Below are positions 55,299 through 64,000 of a DNA stretch of 64,000 nucleotides, in pieces. Source of the stretch: Bryobacteraceae bacterium (lineage in GTDB: Bacteria; Acidobacteriota; Terriglobia; Bryobacterales; Bryobacteraceae); NCBI GenBank assembly GCA_019748195.1, contig JAIEPW010000018.1, positions 68,204 through 132,203 of the forward strand. Reading direction: 5' to 3'. Position numbers and translations under genes: made by a program. A model generated the notes under the pieces. It ran no database searches. It had not been told where the DNA came from and saw only the letters and a list, made by a program, of their open reading frames with translations. The first letter of the stretch is position 1; every line of letters begins with the position of its first letter.

Positions 55299-55840
55299 GC
55301 CTGGGTATGAACGGCCACTTTTACCATCGCCGGCCGCAACAGGCGTCCCTTGAAGTTATAGCCTCGCACGAACTCGTCAATCACGGTGTCGTCCGCCACA
55401 TCTTCCGCCGCCGGCACCTTTTCCACGGCATGATGCACGTGAGGATCGAACGGCTTTCCCACCGACTCAATCGGCTCCAGGCCAAGTTTCTTTAGCTGGT
55501 CGTAGAGTCGCCCATAGATCAGTTCCATGCCCTTGGCATAGTCCTTGTCCGGCGTCTCCACTTTGAGGGCGCGCTCAAAATCATCCAGCGTGCCCAGCAG
55601 GCTTTCCAGCGCAGCCTGGGTTACATGCTCGGAGATCTCCGCTTTTTCGCGGGTCACGCGGCGCCGGAAGTTTTCGAACTCCGCTTGACGGCGCTGCAGC
55701 AGATCCTGTAGCTCGCTCTTTTCCTGGATCAGCTTGTCCAGCGCGGCGGCTGGGGCTGGATCAACGTTTTGTACGATTTCCGGAGCCTCCGCCCGCGCGG
55801 AGTCGTCCACCGGGGAGGTTGTGTGATTCGCTTCAGTCAT
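55295..55840 (-). CDS. grpE: Nucleotide exchange factor GrpE
   Basis: [20 protein letters not shown] and ...[19 protein letters not shown] 55840 was chosen; the stop overlaps the dnaJ start. Confidence 0.85.
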   Translation of the reverse strand: MTEANHTTSPVDDSARAEAPEIVQNVDPAPAAALDKLIQEKSELQDLLQRRQAEFENFRRRVTREKAEISEHVTQAALESLLGTLDDFERALKVETPDKDYAKGMELIYGRLYDQLKKLGLEPIESVGKPFDPHVHHAVEKVPAAEDVADDTVIDEFVRGYNFKGRLLRPAMVKVAVHTQA

Positions 55841-55897
55841 GGTGCGGAACAGCTTCTCTTTCAAGATAACATTCGCCCGGCAATCTTTTTTCCAGTC

Positions 55898-55924
55898 CAG
55901 CGGGGCACGGGTGTTAAAATCAAG
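55898..55924 (-). promoter_or_regulatory. Sigma-32 (heat-shock)-like promoter for grpE-dnaJ
   Basis: Minus strand reads CTTGAT-13 nt-CCCCGCTG, compared with the E. coli consensus CTTGAA-13..17-CCCCATNT. Lies about 60 nt upstream of the grpE ATG and immediately upstream of divergent rpoN. Confidence 0.25.
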
Positions 55925-55929
55925 ACGGC

Positions 55930-57489
55930 ATGGGTTCGTTATCACCGAGAATCCAGTTGCGTCCTGCGCAGAAGCAAGTCCTGACCCCTGGACTGGTCCA
56001 GATGGTCACGGTTTTGCAGTTGAACCGGCTCGAACTGAAGGAAATGATCTCGGCCGAGATGGCGCAGAACCCGGTGCTGGAGGAAACCGCCGACGGAACC
56101 GAGGAGTTCACGCCTGACGAGATCCAGGCGATGATTGAGAACGAGCGGACGTCGCAGCCCGCCGACCAGTCGATACTGGAAGCGACGCCGGGCTCCGATG
56201 AACTGACGGCGGATTCGGGTCCGCCCGAAGTGGAAATACCGGTGGAGGCGGCGAGCATCACCTCGGCCGAGCCCGAGCCGGAAGCTCCCAAGTCGCAGGA
56301 TCCATTCGACGAGATCGATTTCGGATCGTACTTTGACGACTATCTCGATCCGGGGTACAAGTCGCCCGCGTCGGAATCGGTGGAGAAGCCGTCGTTTGAG
56401 ACGTTCCTATCCTCGCCGATCACCCTCAGCGATCACCTTCATTCTCAGCTCGCGCTGGTGGTGTTGTCGGAGAGCGTGCGGGACGCGGCCGAGCACATCA
56501 TCGGCAACCTGGATGAAAACGGCTACCTGCTTGGCACCGTGGAGGAGATGGCGGCCGAAGGTCAGCATGACATGGCCGACACGGAGGAAGCGCTGCGGGT
56601 AGTGCAGACGCTGGATCCCGCCGGCGTGGGCGCGCGCGACCTGCGCGAATGCCTGCTGCTGCAATTGCGCAGCCGCGGCGCCGAGGGCGGAGTGGCCTGG
56701 AGGATCGTATCCGACCATCTGAAGATGGTGGAGCTTCGCCAGAATCGCGAGCTTTGCAAGGTGCTGGCGCGGCCGGTGGAGCATGTCGAGATCGCGCTGA
56801 ACGTCATCCGCCATTTGAATCCGCGTCCGGGGATGCGCTATTCGAGTCCCGGCGCGCGGCAGATCGAGCCGGACGTCTTCATCTCCAAGGACGGCGAGGA
56901 TTACATCATTCAGATGAATGACGACGATCTTCCGCAACTGCGCCTGAGCCGCGATTACCGGCACCTGCTGGATCGCGAGCAGGAGCCGAACAAGGACGTC
57001 CGCAACTATGTGAAGGAGCGGTACGCCTCTGCATTGCAGTTGATGAAGAACATCGAGCAGCGCAAGCAGACCATTCTGAAGGTCTGCCAGTCGATCGTGC
57101 GCCGCCAGGGGGATTTCCTGGAGCACGGGATCGACATGCTGAAGCCGATGATGATCAAGGACATCGCGGAAGAGATCGGCGTGCATCCGTCCACGGTCAG
57201 CAGGGCGGTGGCGAGCAAATATGCGCACACGCCGCAAGGCGTTTTCGAGTTGCGGTTCTTTTTCTCCGAAGCGGTACAGGGACCATCCGGCAGTTCCACG
57301 CCGCTGCTGATCCTGAAGCGGCGGGTGAAGAAGATGATCGAGGAGGAGGACGCGGCGCACCCTCTCACGGACGAGCAGATCACCGAGAGGCTGCAAGCCG
57401 AAGGAATTCAGGTAACCCGCCGCACCGTTGCGAAGTATCGCGAGGACATGCGGATTCCGTCCACGCACCAGCGGCGCGTCCGGAACTGA
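55930..57489 (+). CDS. rpoN: RNA polymerase sigma-54 factor
   Basis: LTPGLVQMVTVLQLNRLEL region I, acidic linker, HTH, and RpoN box TRRTVAKYRE. Confidence 0.95.
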   Translation: MGSLSPRIQLRPAQKQVLTPGLVQMVTVLQLNRLELKEMISAEMAQNPVLEETADGTEEFTPDEIQAMIENERTSQPADQSILEATPGSDELTADSGPPEVEIPVEAASITSAEPEPEAPKSQDPFDEIDFGSYFDDYLDPGYKSPASESVEKPSFETFLSSPITLSDHLHSQLALVVLSESVRDAAEHIIGNLDENGYLLGTVEEMAAEGQHDMADTEEALRVVQTLDPAGVGARDLRECLLLQLRSRGAEGGVAWRIVSDHLKMVELRQNRELCKVLARPVEHVEIALNVIRHLNPRPGMRYSSPGARQIEPDVFISKDGEDYIIQMNDDDLPQLRLSRDYRHLLDREQEPNKDVRNYVKERYASALQLMKNIEQRKQTILKVCQSIVRRQGDFLEHGIDMLKPMMIKDIAEEIGVHPSTVSRAVASKYAHTPQGVFELRFFFSEAVQGPSGSSTPLLILKRRVKKMIEEEDAAHPLTDEQITERLQAEGIQVTRRTVAKYREDMRIPSTHQRRVRN

Positions 57490-57518
57490 TGGTTTGTCAA
57501 CGGCAGTGAGGCCGACCC

Positions 57519-58085
57519 ATGAACATCGTTTACACGCGCAATCACGGATTAACCCCGGAACAACTCCGGAAGATTGAAGGCAAGTTCGGGAAACTGGCGA
57601 AGATGGTGGAGCGAAACGGAGAACGCGAGGCTCGCGTGATCCTGAAGACCGAGCGCCACCTGCACCACGCCGAGATCACGATGAATTTGTACGATCACCC
57701 GATCGTGGCCATGGCCAGCGATGGGGATCGCTTCACCGCGATCGCCGGCGCCGTCGAGAAGATGGAGGCGCAGGCCAAGAAGTTGATGGCCAAGTGGCGC
57801 GGAACGCATCGCGGGGCGAAGGCGGAAACCGTTCGCAAGGAACCCGTGGGCAAGGCGAAAGCCAAGGCGAAATCCGGGGCCGGCGCCGCGGAAGCGCCGC
57901 CGCCCGTCACCGGACGCGTGTTCCGGGTGAATCATCAATCGCGGCGAAAACCGATGACGCTGGAGGAAGCGGTGCTGGAGATGGAGAGCGGCGCCGCCTA
58001 CGTGGCCTATCGCGACGCCGACCGCGACTGCACCTCCGTGCTGATCCGCCGCCAGGACGGCAACTTCGACCTCATCGAATCGTGA
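57519..58085 (+). CDS. hpf: Ribosome hibernation promoting factor, long form
   Basis: N-terminal S30AE/sigma-54-modulation domain, Lys/Ala-rich linker, C-terminal dimerisation domain (KPMTLEEAVLEME...FDLIE). Confidence 0.85.
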   Translation: MNIVYTRNHGLTPEQLRKIEGKFGKLAKMVERNGEREARVILKTERHLHHAEITMNLYDHPIVAMASDGDRFTAIAGAVEKMEAQAKKLMAKWRGTHRGAKAETVRKEPVGKAKAKAKSGAGAAEAPPPVTGRVFRVNHQSRRKPMTLEEAVLEMESGAAYVAYRDADRDCTSVLIRRQDGNFDLIES

Positions 58086-59050
58086 AAGCCCGCAAAGCGA
58101 AGGCAGTCAGGCCGAAGCCGGCGAAGAAGAAGACCCCTGCCGTGAAGCAGGAACCGCCGCCCGCCGCCGCCCCGGCGGGGAGCTCGGGCGACCTCGCCAC
58201 CACCGAGCTGGTGATCATCACCGGGCTCAGCGGATCGGGCAAGGGAACGGTGCTGCGGGCCCTGGAAGACCTCGGCTTCTATGCCGTGGATAACCTGCCG
58301 ATCGACCTGCTGCAGACTTTCGCCGATCTGACGCGCGACGCGGCGAATATCCGGCGCGCGGCGCTGGTGGTGGATATCCGTGAGGGAACGGCGCTGGAGC
58401 GCCTGCCCGCGATGCTGAACCGCATCCGGGCGACGGTGCCCACCACGCTGCTGTTCCTCGAAGCCGCCGACCCCGTTCTCACGCGGCGCTATAGTGAAAC
58501 GCGGCGCCCGCATCCGCTGGGCACCGGCGCCTCCGTCCCGGACAGCATTCATCGCGAGCGGGCTCTGCTGGAGCCGATCCGCGCCCTCGCCGATCACGTG
58601 GTGGATACTTCGCGATTCAACGTCCACGACCTGCGCGACCTGGTGCGCGGAAAGTTCCAGGGCGAAGGCGAAACCGACGACATCATGGTCTACGTAACCA
58701 GTTTCGGATACCGCCACGGCGTTCCTGCCGACGCCGACCTGGTGTTCGACGTGCGCTTTTTGCCGAACCCGAACTACATACCCGCCTTCAAACACAAAAC
58801 CGGGAAGCAGAAACGAGTTGCCGATTACATCCGCAGCTTCCCGCAGACGGCGGAGTTCATTGAGCGCATCTCCGATCTGCTGATTTACCTGCTGCCGCAT
58901 TACATCCGCGAGGGGAAGAGCTACCTGACCATCGCGTTCGGATGCACGGGCGGGCATCACCGCTCGGTGATGATCGCCAGCGACATCTTCCAGCGCCTGA
59001 AAGCCGCGGGCTATCAGGTGAAAGAGTCGCACCGCGACATCGCGCGCTAG
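58082..59050 (+). CDS. rapZ: RNase adapter / nucleotide-binding protein RapZ (YvcJ family) with Lys/Pro/Ala-rich N-terminal extension
   Basis: GTG overlaps the hpf stop. Walker A TGLSGSGKGT, then ...FLEA.D..L.RRYSETRR.HPL, ...IAFGCTGGHHRSV. An alternative GTG start at LVIITG would remove the extension. Confidence 0.85.
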   Translation: MKARKAKAVRPKPAKKKTPAVKQEPPPAAAPAGSSGDLATTELVIITGLSGSGKGTVLRALEDLGFYAVDNLPIDLLQTFADLTRDAANIRRAALVVDIREGTALERLPAMLNRIRATVPTTLLFLEAADPVLTRRYSETRRPHPLGTGASVPDSIHRERALLEPIRALADHVVDTSRFNVHDLRDLVRGKFQGEGETDDIMVYVTSFGYRHGVPADADLVFDVRFLPNPNYIPAFKHKTGKQKRVADYIRSFPQTAEFIERISDLLIYLLPHYIREGKSYLTIAFGCTGGHHRSVMIASDIFQRLKAAGYQVKESHRDIAR

Positions 59051-59904
59051 CGCCTGGCCGCGAAACGAACCGCGATCCCCAGCGCCACCAGGCTGACCCC
59101 GAAACCGGCCGCCGCGTCCACCGCGTAGTGATAGCGGCCGTAGACCGTCGCGGCCGCCACGAGCGCCGCGTATCCGGCCATGACGCCGGCGATCCACCGT
59201 TTTTCGCGCGGCACGGAGACGAGCAATCCCCAGGCGGCCGAGAACGCGGAAGACACGTGGGCGCTGGGAAACACGCTGGAGTGGATCCCATAGCCGCCCA
59301 CGATCCGCAGGTTCGCGTCGCGAATCGCGGTGGTGATCCCCGGCAGGTCCAGGCCGGGGAATACCGCGCGCGGCGGTTCTGAGGGGAAATAGGGGAACAG
59401 CGCGTACGCCCCCAGCGTCCCCACCAGGTAGACCAGCAGGAACCGGCTGGTGCAGGCCTGGCGGTTCCACCAGTATAGGACCAGCAGTCCGAACGGACCC
59501 ACGGCGTACACCACCAGGTAGGCAAGTTCCAGAATCCCCGGCAGCAGCATGCCCAGGCTCTCGATGCGGGCTCGCATCCCGTATTCGTCCAGCAGCAGGC
59601 GATCCCACACGATCCATTGCCGCTCGAGTTCGTAGGTATGGCGATCCGGCCGGAACTGATTCATCTGCCGGTACGCAACCAGGGTGAAGGCCAGAGCCGC
59701 CAGGTCACGCCGCAGCGAGTAATCGCGGCTCGCGCGAACGGCTGCCCAGGCATAGGCGACCGCCAGGGCGAGCACGGCGAAGATCCAGAAACGGCGGCTC
59801 CCGGAGAGCGGAAAGTACAGTGAGAGGGCAGCCGTGTAGGCGAAGTAGGCCACCAACAGTTTCTCCGCCGCGCGCGCAGCGGGCATCGGCGATTGCCGCA
59901 TCAT
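59047..59904 (-). CDS. PAP2-family membrane phosphatase
   Basis: Polytopic membrane protein. SFPSAHVSSAF and RYHYAVDAAAG (PAP2 motifs C2/C3). Confidence 0.8.
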   Translation of the reverse strand: MMRQSPMPAARAAEKLLVAYFAYTAALSLYFPLSGSRRFWIFAVLALAVAYAWAAVRASRDYSLRRDLAALAFTLVAYRQMNQFRPDRHTYELERQWIVWDRLLLDEYGMRARIESLGMLLPGILELAYLVVYAVGPFGLLVLYWWNRQACTSRFLLVYLVGTLGAYALFPYFPSEPPRAVFPGLDLPGITTAIRDANLRIVGGYGIHSSVFPSAHVSSAFSAAWGLLVSVPREKRWIAGVMAGYAALVAAATVYGRYHYAVDAAAGFGVSLVALGIAVRFAARR

Positions 59905-59963
59905 TTCAGAGTCGCACCTCGGGGGACGCGAGCGGCGGCGGGGAAAATCGCGAAGATTGTACC

Positions 59964-62057
59964 TTGGTTAGATTGGATCTCACCACACCGGTCAAGTACA
60001 TCAAGGGCGTCGGACCCGCGCGCGCGGCCATGCTGGAAACCAAGGGCCTGCATACCGTCGAGGATCTGCTGCTGTACGCCCCGTTCCGCTACGAGGACCG
60101 GCGCAACGTGAAGCCGATCGCGATGCTTGCGCCGGGGGAAATGGCCACCGTGATCGCGGAGGTGCGCTCCGCGCGCGTTTCCGGGTTCCAACGCCGCAAT
60201 CTGGGGATGTTTCAGGCTTCCTTCACCGACGGCTCCGGCGTCATCCTGCATGGCAAGTGGTTTCACGGGGCGTTTCTGCAGAAGATTTTGGAGCCCGGAG
60301 TGAAGGTCGCGCTGTTCGGCAAGGTCGAGTTCGACAACTACACCGGCGGGCTCACGATGATGCATCCCGACCACGAGGTGTTGTCCGATGACGAGGGTGA
60401 CGCCGGGCTGCACACCGGACGCATCGTTCCCGTGTACGAGGCGGCGGGCAAGGTCACCGCCCGGCAGTTGCGGGGCATCCTGCACCGCGCGCTGGAAGCG
60501 CCGGGCATGGCGGATCACCTGCCGGAGCCGATCCGCGCGCGCCTGAAGCTGCTGGACCGCTGGACGGCGGTCCGCGAGCTCCACTTCCCGCCGGCCGGAT
60601 CCGACGTCCCGTTGCTGAATTCCTTCCGGTCGCCCGGCCAGTTCCGCATGATCTTCGAGGAGTTCTTCTGGCTGGAGACCGGGCTGTCGCTGAAGAAGGC
60701 CCGCGCGAAGGTCCGAACGGGCATCGCCTTTGAATTGAACGACCGGGTGCGGGAGCAGATCAAGAAGATGCTGCCTTTCCGGCCGACGGCGGCGCAGAAG
60801 CGGGTGCTGGGCGAGATCGCCCAGGATATGGCCTCGCCCACCCCGATGTACCGGCTGCTGCAGGGCGACGTGGGTAGCGGCAAGTCCCTGGTGGCGGCGG
60901 AGGCGGCCATCATCGCCATTGAGAATGGATATCAGGTGGCCGTGCTCGCACCCACGGAGATCCTGGCGACGCAGCATTACTTTTATTTCAAGAAGCTGTT
61001 TCAACCGCTAGGCTACACGCCGGTGCTGCTCACCGGATCGTCCACCGCGCGCGAGAAGACACAGTTGAAGAAGCTGCTGCACATGGGGCTGGCGCAGGTG
61101 GCGATCGGAACCCACGCGCTCCTCGAAAAGGACGTGGAGTTCGCCCGGCTGGGCCTGGCGGTGATCGACGAACAGCATCGCTTCGGCGTGGAACAGAGGC
61201 TGAAGCTGGTGGAGAAAGGCGCCGATTGCGACGTGCTGGTGATGACCGCGACCCCGATTCCGCGGACGCTGGCGTTAACGGTTTACGGCGACCTGGATGT
61301 TTCGGTGATCGACGAGCTGCCGCCGGGCCGCAAATCGGTAGTCACGCGGCATGTCTCCGAAGACAAGCTGGAGCAGGTGTGGAGCTTCGTGCAGCGCGAA
61401 ATTGGCAAGGGGAGGCAGGCCTATGTGGTGTACCCGGCCATTGAGGAGTCGGAAGCCATGAAGGCAGCCGAACAGATGCACGCCCATCTCTCGCGGATCG
61501 TGTTCCCGGACCTTGAGGTCGGGCTGCTGCACGGCAAGATGACCACGGACGCGAAGGAGCAGGCGATGGAGCGGTTCGCGCGCGGCGACACCAAGATTCT
61601 GGTATCGACCACGGTGATCGAGGTCGGCGTGGACGTTCCGAACGCCACCGTCATGGTGATCGAACACGCGGAGCGCTTCGGTTTGTCGCAGCTTCACCAG
61701 TTGCGAGGACGCGTCGGCCGGGGCGGGGAGCAAAGCTACTGCGTGCTGGTGACCGGCAAGGTGAACGATACCGCACGGGAGCGAATTCGCACGCTGGTGG
61801 ATTCCAACGACGGCTTTCACATCGCCGAAATGGACATGCGCCTGCGGGGGCCGGGCGAGTTCTTCGGGACCCGGCAATCCGGACTCCCCGCGTTCCGCAT
61901 CGGCGACATCGTTCGTGACAGCGACATCCTGGAACTCGCGCGCCGCGAAGCGACGACGTTCGTGGAGCATCCTCCGTCCGAGGCCGACCTGCGGGCGGCG
62001 CTCGAGTACATCCGCGATCACTGGCAGCGGCGGTACGGATTGGTGCTGGTGGGATGA
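59964..62057 (+). CDS. recG: ATP-dependent DNA helicase RecG
   Basis: TTG start gives about 697 aa. LTTPVKYIKGVGPARA, GDVGSGKS, DEQHRFG, QLHQLRGRVGRG. Confidence 0.9.
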   Translation: MVRLDLTTPVKYIKGVGPARAAMLETKGLHTVEDLLLYAPFRYEDRRNVKPIAMLAPGEMATVIAEVRSARVSGFQRRNLGMFQASFTDGSGVILHGKWFHGAFLQKILEPGVKVALFGKVEFDNYTGGLTMMHPDHEVLSDDEGDAGLHTGRIVPVYEAAGKVTARQLRGILHRALEAPGMADHLPEPIRARLKLLDRWTAVRELHFPPAGSDVPLLNSFRSPGQFRMIFEEFFWLETGLSLKKARAKVRTGIAFELNDRVREQIKKMLPFRPTAAQKRVLGEIAQDMASPTPMYRLLQGDVGSGKSLVAAEAAIIAIENGYQVAVLAPTEILATQHYFYFKKLFQPLGYTPVLLTGSSTAREKTQLKKLLHMGLAQVAIGTHALLEKDVEFARLGLAVIDEQHRFGVEQRLKLVEKGADCDVLVMTATPIPRTLALTVYGDLDVSVIDELPPGRKSVVTRHVSEDKLEQVWSFVQREIGKGRQAYVVYPAIEESEAMKAAEQMHAHLSRIVFPDLEVGLLHGKMTTDAKEQAMERFARGDTKILVSTTVIEVGVDVPNATVMVIEHAERFGLSQLHQLRGRVGRGGEQSYCVLVTGKVNDTARERIRTLVDSNDGFHIAEMDMRLRGPGEFFGTRQSGLPAFRIGDIVRDSDILELARREATTFVEHPPSEADLRAALEYIRDHWQRRYGLVLVG

Positions 62058-62578
62058 GGGTGATCGCGGGAGAGTTTCGCAGCCGCCCGTTGAAATCGCT
62101 GCCGGGCATGGAAACCCGCCCTACGCCGGACCGCTTGCGCGAGGCGCTGTTCAATATTCTGGCGCCGGAAATTGAGGGCGCCGTGTTCGTCGATGCCTAT
62201 GCCGGCACGGGCGCCGTGGGGATTGAAGCCCTCAGTCGCGGCGCACGCCGGGTAATCTTCCTCGAGAAGTCGAAGGCGGCCTGCGCCGTGATCCGCGGCA
62301 ATCTGCGGTCTCTGGGCGCGGAGGCCCGCGCGGAGATCCGCTGCGCTCCGGCGATCCGGTTGCTGGGATCGACGGCGGCGGATATCGTGTTTCTGGATCC
62401 GCCGTACGCGCTTGAGAGTGAGTACGACGCCGCGCTGCGTGCGCTGGCTGGATCACAAGTCCCGCTGGTGATCGCGCAACATTCCCCCCGGCAGATGCTG
62501 AAGGAAGAATACGGACCGTTGCGCCGCGCTCGCGTGCGCAACCAGGGCGACAATGAGCTCAGCTTCTACCGCCGGTAA
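62054..62578 (+). CDS. rsmD: 16S rRNA (guanine966-N2)-methyltransferase
   Basis: MRVIAGEFRSRPLKS...RPTPDRLREALFN, DAYAGTGAVGIEALSRGA, FLDPPY. The start overlaps the recG stop. Confidence 0.85.
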   Translation: MRVIAGEFRSRPLKSLPGMETRPTPDRLREALFNILAPEIEGAVFVDAYAGTGAVGIEALSRGARRVIFLEKSKAACAVIRGNLRSLGAEARAEIRCAPAIRLLGSTAADIVFLDPPYALESEYDAALRALAGSQVPLVIAQHSPRQMLKEEYGPLRRARVRNQGDNELSFYRR

Positions 62579-62620
62579 GGACGCACCGAGACGTTCCGCG
62601 GGCTATATCGTCCATCAGGC

Positions 62621-63238
62621 ATGTTGCGGATTGCCCCTTTGCTGGTTTCGCTGGCGCTAAGCGCCGCGGGAACTCCGTCCTTTGTCGATACGGTGGTGGC
62701 GAAGCTTGACTTGAAGGCCGGCGAGAACGTGGCCGATATCGGCGCCGGCCAGGGCCGCTTCACCCGGACGATGTCAAAGGTAGTGGGCGACAGCGGGAAG
62801 GTATACGCGGTGGATCTCGATGTCGTCCGCGCTCTTCCGGCGCTGCGCGAAATCGCGGCCAAGCAACCCAACGTGATTCCGGTGGAAGGTGAAGAAAACA
62901 GCCCCCGCCTGCAGGCGAACTCCGTGGACGCGGTGCTCATCGTGATCGCGTACCACGAGTTCCGGAAGCCGGAAGAAATGCTGCGCAATATCATCGCGGC
63001 CATGAAACCCGGCGGCAGGCTCCTGCTGGTGGAGGATACGCCCAAACCGTCCGCCAAAACGCGCGAGGAGCAGACGCGTTCACACGATCTAGCCTCCGAC
63101 ATCGCGGTCCCGGAACTCGAAAAGGCCGGGCTTCAGCTTGTCTCGCTGGACAACAACGTGGTCGACAGCACCGATCGCGGCGGCCGGAAGTGGATGGCGC
63201 TGTTCCGTCTGCGCGATTCTCAGCCCGGCAGCCGGTAG
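62621..63238 (+). CDS. Class I SAM-dependent methyltransferase with N-terminal signal/anchor sequence
   Basis: [17 protein letters not shown] hydrophobic N-terminus. [12 protein letters not shown] motif [12 protein letters not shown]. Confidence 0.7.
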   Translation: MLRIAPLLVSLALSAAGTPSFVDTVVAKLDLKAGENVADIGAGQGRFTRTMSKVVGDSGKVYAVDLDVVRALPALREIAAKQPNVIPVEGEENSPRLQANSVDAVLIVIAYHEFRKPEEMLRNIIAAMKPGGRLLLVEDTPKPSAKTREEQTRSHDLASDIAVPELEKAGLQLVSLDNNVVDSTDRGGRKWMALFRLRDSQPGSR

Positions 63239-64000
63239 TCCTTGAACTGATCCCGCAATCTGGTCTTCAGCAGCTTGCCGGTGGCGGTATGCGGCAGCTC
63301 GTCGACGAAGATCACATCGTCCGGCATCCACCACTTCACAATGCGATCCGCCAGGAAGCGGAGCACGCCGTCTTTATCGATTGACGAGCCCGGCTTGCGC
63401 ACCACCAGCAGCAGCGGGCGCTCCTGCCACTTCTCGTGCGGGAGGCCGATCACCGCGGCCTCCTGAATTTCCGGATGGCCCACGGCGGCGTTCTCCAGGT
63501 CGATGGAGGAGATCCATTCTCCGCCGGATTTGATTACGTCCTTGGCGCGGTCCGTAATCTGCATGTAGCCGTCGGGGTCCAGGTTGGCGACATCGCCGGT
63601 GGTGAAGAAACCGTCCTGATCCAGGATGCGGCCGCCTTCTTCCTTGAAGTAGCCGCTGGTGATCCAGGGTCCGCGGACCTTCAGGTTGCCCGAGCTCTTG
63701 CCGTCGTGCGGCAGCGGGTTGCCGTTGTCATCCTCGATCTTCAGATCGACGCCATAGACCGCGCGCCCCTGCTTGGACTGATAGTCCAGGCGCTGTTGCA
63801 GCGGCAGATTGCGATGTTTGTGCAGCAGCGTGCCCACGGTCCCGAGCGGCGACATCTCGGTCATGCCCCAGGCGTGCAGGACGAACGTGTTGAACTCAGT
63901 GGCGAACCGCTCGATCATCGCCCGCGGCGCGGCGGACCCTCCGATCACCACTCGCTCCAGCCGCACCTTGGTCCGGTCCACTTCCGGATTGGCGTCCAGG
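63220..64000 (-). CDS. AMP-dependent acyl-CoA synthetase/ligase, C-terminal part (5' end outside the window)
   Basis: The frame stays open to the window edge. GGSAAP...[37 protein letters not shown], and C-terminal GKLLK. Confidence 0.85.
   Translation of the reverse strand, partial: LDANPEVDRTKVRLERVVIGGSAAPRAMIERFATEFNTFVLHAWGMTEMSPLGTVGTLLHKHRNLPLQQRLDYQSKQGRAVYGVDLKIEDDNGNPLPHDGKSSGNLKVRGPWITSGYFKEEGGRILDQDGFFTTGDVANLDPDGYMQITDRAKDVIKSGGEWISSIDLENAAVGHPEIQEAAVIGLPHEKWQERPLLLVVRKPGSSIDKDGVLRFLADRIVKWWMPDDVIFVDELPHTATGKLLKTRLRDQFKDYRLPG

Noticed and set aside
57491-57505. Sigma-54-like GG-N10-GC spacing (TGGTTTGTCAACGGC) just downstream of rpoN.
   Set aside because: Only the GG/GC dinucleotides match; TGGCAC and TTGC are not present. 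It sits only about 13 nt from the hpf ATG, too close for a promoter.

Overview
GC-rich, gene-dense chromosomal segment with a strong G/C third-codon-position bias. I call about 55 protein-coding genes. I recognise no rRNA or tRNA genes, no CRISPR array, and no transposase, integrase or phage genes. All family names come from motifs read by eye in the supplied translations; no database search was run.

The gene content suggests an Acidobacteriota-like genome of Solibacter/Bryobacter type (inference). The pointers are a CarboxypepD_reg-type TonB receptor, tandem acidobacterial-type vWA proteins, a CadC-like winged-helix+TPR regulator, and many secreted TPR or low-complexity proteins.

Housekeeping backbone:
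- rph-rdgB, polA, lpxC, secA, glgC, rpsU
- grpE-dnaJ, rpoN-hpf-rapZ, recG-rsmD
- a sulfite reductase / split siroheme synthase operon

Candidates for something new, most interesting first:
1. 1-10042: a translationally coupled operon of a TPR-flanked HExxH peptidase, MoxR, DUF58, a BatA-like protein and a 1198-aa Gln-rich coiled-coil membrane protein.
2. 47320-48978: a promoter, short leader ORF and perfect 12-bp cUUCGg hairpin in front of a CxxC thioredoxin-fold protein fused to an uncharacterised domain of about 330 aa.
3. 11707-11736: a perfect 9-bp direct repeat with a 12-bp spacer upstream of a LytS/LytTR operon.
4. 51932-54070: two vWA paralogues coupled to a 67-aa Trp/Arg-rich protein.
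5. 17449-17598: a 49-codon membrane ORF, absent from the ORF track, overlapping the rph start.

Many long ORFs in the track are antisense or out-of-frame shadows typical of high-GC DNA and were rejected.
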